The notes beneath the pieces are model-generated. The model did not search any database and was not told the DNA's origin. It worked only from the letters and a program-made list of their open reading frames with translations. A stretch of 49,625 nt of DNA from an uncultured Clostridia bacterium (GTDB lineage: Bacteria; Bacillota; Clostridia; TANB77; CAG-465). The stretch covers positions 1 through 49,625 of the forward strand of contig CALXJG010000005.1 of NCBI GenBank assembly GCA_944388565.1, given 5' to 3'. This document shows, piece by piece, positions 45,624 to 49,625 of this stretch; the first letter of the stretch is position 1; each line of letters starts with the position of its first letter. The position numbers and the translations under genes were made by a program.

Positions 45624-48600
45624 CTATACTTCGTCTTCATCAACATCAATAAAATCTTCATCTAATGTATCTTCATCATCTATAATTTCGCCCTCTTCAT
45701 CTTCTAAAGACATACCAGCAAAATCACTATCTGTAACTGCTAATTCTTCGTCTTCATCAAAGTTTGGCTCAATACCATCTGTATCATCTTCCATTGATTC
45801 TCTAAGTTCAAGTTTTTGATCTTCTCTATACATTTGAAGGTCAAGTCCTAAGCTTTGAAGTTCTTTTGTAAGAACTCTAAATGACTCAGGAATACCTGGT
45901 TTTGGTATACTTTCACCTTTAACAATAGCTTCATATGTTTTTAAACGTCCAACGATATCATCAGATTTTACTGTAAGCATTTCTTGTAAAGTATAAGACG
46001 CACCATATGCTTCAAGTGCCCAAACTTCCATCTCACCAAATCTTTGACCACCAAATTGAGCTTTACCTCCAAGTGGTTGTTGAGTAACAAGTGAATATGG
46101 TCCGATTGAACGAGCATGTATTTTATCTTCAACCATATGATATAGTTTTAACATATACATATAACCAACTGTTACTTCCGCATCTAGTAATTCACCAGTT
46201 CTACCATCACGAATTGGGAATTTTCCTGTAGGATTTAATCCTTGCTTTTTAAATAATTCTACTATATCAGATTCTTTTGCACCATCAAATACTGGAGTTG
46301 CAACTTTCCATCCAAGTTGTTTTGCAACATAACCTAAATGTGTTTCAAGTAATTGTCCAACGTTCATACGAGATGGTAATCCAAGTGGATTTAATACTAT
46401 TTGTAATGGTGTACCATCTGGTAAATATGGCATATCTTCTCTTGGTAAAATTCTAGATATAACACCTTTGTTACCATGACGTCCTGAAAGTTTATCACCA
46501 ACAGCAATTTTTCTTTTTTGTGCAATATATATTCTAACTACTTTATGAACTCCTGCTGCAAGTTCATCACAATTTTCTCTTGTAAATATTTTTACATTTA
46601 CAACTGTACCAGATTCACCATGTGGTACTCTAAGAGATGTATCTCTAACTTCTCTTGCTTTTTCACCAAATATTGCACGTAATAATTTTTCTTCTGCAGT
46701 AAGTTCTGTCTCACCCTTAGGAGTTACTTTACCAACAAGTATATCACCAGGTCTTACTTCAGCACCAATACGAATAATTCCATTTTCATCAAGATCTTTT
46801 AATACATCGTCACCAACATTTGGAACTTCTCTTGTAATTTCTTCAGGTCCAAGTTTTGTGTCTCTAGCTTCACAATCATAATCTTCAATATGTATTGTTG
46901 TAAGGACATCATCTCTAACTAAATCTTCAGAAATTAGTATGGCATCCTCATAGTTATAACCTTCCCAAGTCATAAAGCCTACTAAGATATTTTTACCTAA
47001 TGCTAATTCTCCATTTTCAGTTGATGGACCATCAACAATAACATCGCCTTTTTTAACCTTTTCACCTTTTACAACAATTGGTTTTTGGTTAATACAAGTA
47101 CCTTGGTTTGATCTTTGATATTTTATTAGATGATATTCATCTTTTCCTGTTTTTGTATCAATTACAACTTTATTTGAATCAACATATGAAACAACACCAT
47201 CATTTTTAGCTGTTATAACTATTCTTGAATCAACTGCTGCTTTATATTCTATACCAGTTCCAACAATTGGACTTTCAGATTTTATTAATGGAACTGCTTG
47301 ACGTTGCATATTAGCACCCATAAGAGCACGTTTAGCATCATCATTTTCAAGGAATGGTATCATAGCTGTTGCAACTGAAACAAGTTGTTTTGGCGATACA
47401 TCCATAAGATCAACTTTTTCTTTTTCAATTTCAAATATTTCATCTTGATGTCTTACTTTAACTCTTTTATTTAAGAATCTATTTTCTTCATCAAGTGGTT
47501 CATTTGCTTGAGCAACAACATATCTATCCTCATCTTCTGCTGTTAAATAAACAACTTCATCAGTAATTTTTCCTGTTTCTTTATCTATTACTCTATATGG
47601 TGTTTCTATAAAACCATATCTATTTATTCTTGCAAATGTAGAAAGCGAAGATATAAGTCCTATGTTAGGTCCTTCTGGAGATTCAATTGGACATAGTCTT
47701 CCATAATGTGTATGGTGAACGTCACGAACCTCAAATCCTGCTCTTTCTCTAGATAAACCACCAGGTCCAAGTGCAGATATTTTTCTTTTATGTATAAGTT
47801 CTGCAAGAGGATTGATTTGATCCATGAATTGTGATAATTGAGAACTACCAAAGAATTCTCTAATTGAACCTACTATTGGTTTTATATTTATTAGAGTTTG
47901 TGGTGTAGCAATATCAAGATCTTGAGTAGCCATTCTTTCACGTACAACTCTTTCAAGTCTTGCAAGACCAATTCTAAATTGATTTTGTAATAACTCACCA
48001 ACGCATCTTACACGTCTATTTCCTAAATGGTCTATGTCATCAACTCTTCCCATACCATGTCTAAAGTTTAAGAAATAGTTAATTGATGCCATTATATCAT
48101 CTAAAGTAGCACATTTTACCACTAATTTTTCTCTATTTAGTTTTATTTGTTTTCTTAATGTTTTTTCATCCGCATCTTTGTATTTTTCAAGTAATTCTTT
48201 AAGTGCTGGTAAATATACTTCCTCTTTTATTACTTCTTTATCTATCTCCATACCTAAATATTTTGATATATTAACTGTATTATTACCAATTACTTTTACT
48301 TTTTTATCATCTCTTTTTACATAAACAACATTTATACCACTTTGTTTAATTTCTTCAGCAACTTCTTCTTTTATTACTTCTCCAGCATTTACAAATATTT
48401 CTCCGGTTTCTGGATTAACTATATTCTCTGCAGCTATCTCGCCAGTGATTCTATTTGCAATACTTAATTTTCTATTATATTTATATCTACCAACTCTTGC
48501 TAAATCATATCTTCTCGGCTCATATAATAATCCAAAAAGTAAGCTTTTTGCAGCATCAACATGTAGAGGCTCACCTGGTCTAATCTTTTTATAAATTTCA

Positions 48601-49295
48601 AGTAAAGCTTCATCTTGAGTTTTAGCTGGATCTTTATATAATACTTCATTTAATAAATCATCTTCAAATAATTCCATTATTTGAGTATCAGTCTCAATTC
48701 CTAATGCACGTATAAGTGTTGTTAGAGGAACTTTTCTAGTTCTATCTACTCTAGCGTATAACATATCAGATGAGTCTGATTCAAGTTCAATCCAAGTTCC
48801 ACGGTTTGGCATAATAGTAGCAGCATATAAAAATTTACCTGCTTTATCCCTTTCTGCAGCAAAATATACACCTGGAGAACGTACTAATTGAGATATAACA
48901 ACCCTTTCTGCTCCATTAATCAAGAAAGTACCATTATCTGTCATTATTGGTAAATCACCTAAGAATATTTCTTGCTCTTTGATTTCACCAGTTTCACGAT
49001 TGATAAGTCTTACTTGTACTTGTAATCTTGATGAATAAGTTGTATTTCTCTCCTTTGCTTCTTCTATAGTGTACTTAGTTTCTTCCTCTAATCTATAGTC
49101 AACAAATTCTAGTAATAAATTACCAGAGAAATCACTTATCGGAGAAGCATCAGATAAAACGTCTTTAAGTCCAGACTTTAAAAACCATTCATAAGATTGT
49201 TTTTGAATGTCTATTAAATCAGGCATATCAACAACTTCTTTGATTTTTGAAAAACTCATTCTTTTTGCTTTTCCATTGATTACTTCATGAACCAT
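45624..49295 (-). CDS. rpoB: DNA-directed RNA polymerase subunit beta
   Basis: Start MVHEVINGK at 49295, 8 nt after GGGGG. The track start at 49355 lies in the loop of a leader hairpin. Conserved '[17 protein letters not shown]' and '[16 protein letters not shown]'. Acidic C-terminal tail. Confidence 0.98.
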   Translation of the reverse strand: MVHEVINGKAKRMSFSKIKEVVDMPDLIDIQKQSYEWFLKSGLKDVLSDASPISDFSGNLLLEFVDYRLEEETKYTIEEAKERNTTYSSRLQVQVRLINRETGEIKEQEIFLGDLPIMTDNGTFLINGAERVVISQLVRSPGVYFAAERDKAGKFLYAATIMPNRGTWIELESDSSDMLYARVDRTRKVPLTTLIRALGIETDTQIMELFEDDLLNEVLYKDPAKTQDEALLEIYKKIRPGEPLHVDAAKSLLFGLLYEPRRYDLARVGRYKYNRKLSIANRITGEIAAENIVNPETGEIFVNAGEVIKEEVAEEIKQSGINVVYVKRDDKKVKVIGNNTVNISKYLGMEIDKEVIKEEVYLPALKELLEKYKDADEKTLRKQIKLNREKLVVKCATLDDIMASINYFLNFRHGMGRVDDIDHLGNRRVRCVGELLQNQFRIGLARLERVVRERMATQDLDIATPQTLINIKPIVGSIREFFGSSQLSQFMDQINPLAELIHKRKISALGPGGLSRERAGFEVRDVHHTHYGRLCPIESPEGPNIGLISSLSTFARINRYGFIETPYRVIDKETGKITDEVVYLTAEDEDRYVVAQANEPLDEENRFLNKRVKVRHQDEIFEIEKEKVDLMDVSPKQLVSVATAMIPFLENDDAKRALMGANMQRQAVPLIKSESPIVGTGIEYKAAVDSRIVITAKNDGVVSYVDSNKVVIDTKTGKDEYHLIKYQRSNQGTCINQKPIVVKGEKVKKGDVIVDGPSTENGELALGKNILVGFMTWEGYNYEDAILISEDLVRDDVLTTIHIEDYDCEARDTKLGPEEITREVPNVGDDVLKDLDENGIIRIGAEVRPGDILVGKVTPKGETELTAEEKLLRAIFGEKAREVRDTSLRVPHGESGTVVNVKIFTRENCDELAAGVHKVVRIYIAQKRKIAVGDKLSGRHGNKGVISRILPREDMPYLPDGTPLQIVLNPLGLPSRMNVGQLLETHLGYVAKQLGWKVATPVFDGAKESDIVELFKKQGLNPTGKFPIRDGRTGELLDAEVTVGYMYMLKLYHMVEDKIHARSIGPYSLVTQQPLGGKAQFGGQRFGEMEVWALEAYGASYTLQEMLTVKSDDIVGRLKTYEAIVKGESIPKPGIPESFRVLTKELQSLGLDLQMYREDQKLELRESMEDDTDGIEPNFDEDEELAVTDSDFAGMSLEDEEGEIIDDEDTLDEDFIDVDEDEV

Positions 49296-49321
49296 TTTTA
49301 TACCCCCACACATATACACAT

Positions 49322-49365
49322 TAAAAAGGCGACAAAAACCCAAATTAGTTAACATAACTAATTTG
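49322..49365 (-). promoter_or_regulatory. terminator-like hairpin (candidate attenuator) in the rpoB leader
   Basis: Perfect 11-bp stem CAAATTAGTTA/TAACTAATTTG (49341-49351 / 49355-49365), followed on the minus strand by GGUUUUUGUCGCCUUUUU. About 45 nt upstream of the rpoB ATG. Confidence 0.45.
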
Positions 49366-49480
49366 AATCTCTTTTATACACCTTTTAATTAACTTTTTAT
49401 AAACATTTTTCTCAACTATTTCAACCATCCTTTGTATTGTAGTTTACATAGTAATTTCTAATAGAAACAATATTTATAGT

Positions 49481-49510
49481 ATTATAACACAATAACATAA
49501 AAAAAGTCAA
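49481..49510 (-). promoter_or_regulatory. sigma-A promoter TTGACT-18 nt-TATAAT with TGn extension, upstream of rpoB
   Basis: Minus strand TTGACT TTTTTTATGTTATTGTGT TATAAT. About 185 nt upstream of the rpoB start. Confidence 0.55.
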
Positions 49511-49564
49511 CGAATTTTTCAAAAAAGCTTTACTTTTTAGTAAATTTAGTTACTATTCACAGCC

Positions 49565-49620
49565 AAATAAATAAAAGGCACCAAAACAGGAGGGAATAAT
49601 TTAGTTATTCTCTCTGTTTT
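49565..49620 (-). terminator. terminator of the gene upstream of the window (rplL by usual synteny)
   Basis: Imperfect ~14-bp stem (49583-49599 / 49605-49620; one mismatch, one bulge), followed on the minus strand by UUUUGGUGCCUUUUAUUUAUUU. Confidence 0.45.
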
Positions 49621-49625
49621 AATAC

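Noticed and set aside
47660-47851. 63-aa minus-strand ORF inside rpoB
   Set aside because: It is in an alternative frame of the most conserved part of rpoB, has no RBS and no recognisable motif. It is a chance ORF.
49296-49355. 20-codon N-terminal extension of rpoB ([20 protein letters not shown])
   Set aside because: Its ATG lies in the loop of a perfect leader hairpin and has no [11 protein letters not shown] at 49295 has GGGGG 8 nt upstream and matches the usual RpoB N-terminus.

Overview
Very AT-rich chromosomal segment (roughly a quarter to a third G+C by eye) from a low-GC, endospore-forming Firmicute, probably Clostridia-like. All ~40 supportable genes are on the minus strand. Every plus-strand ORF in the track looks like an antisense shadow of a minus-strand gene. 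In transcription order (high to low coordinates): rpoB-rpoC, with its own promoter and a leader hairpin; a transglutaminase-like membrane protein plus a decayed ABC-ATPase remnant; the str operon rpsL-rpsG-fusA-tuf; vanZ; and a ~15 kb Wzx/Wzy-type polysaccharide locus. That locus runs: initiating phosphoglycosyl transferase, fused double GT4, GT4, Wzy-like polymerase, GT2, acetyltransferase, GT2, pyruvyl transferase, radical-SAM enzyme, Wzx, LCP, then CpsC/CpsD/CpsB-like tyrosine-kinase module. Next come hflX; trmFO-holA; an Imm33/DUF2185-like orphan; a sortase plus a thioester (TQXA) adhesin whose LPKTG signal has no membrane tail; and gpr with a sigmaG/F-type promoter. These are followed by a secreted beta-helix/polytopic membrane protein; a P-type Ca2+-ATPase; a rhodanese-thioredoxin pair; two adjacent unknown genes sharing an FWxNEWxLFxxD motif; a sugar nucleotidyltransferase; a ~12-TM protein; and dnaG-rpoD. 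The last item is the 5' end of a well-signalled ORF that runs into a (CA)n tract at the window edge. I saw no rRNA, tRNA, CRISPR, transposase or phage genes. Several starts are GTG or TTG with good Shine-Dalgarno support, and several track ORFs are over-extended at the N-terminus. No classical defence or toxin system is evident. The most unusual items are the radical-SAM/SPASM-like enzyme inside the glycan locus, the tail-less sortase substrate islet between holA and gpr, the FWxNEW gene pair, and the (CA)n-containing ORF.
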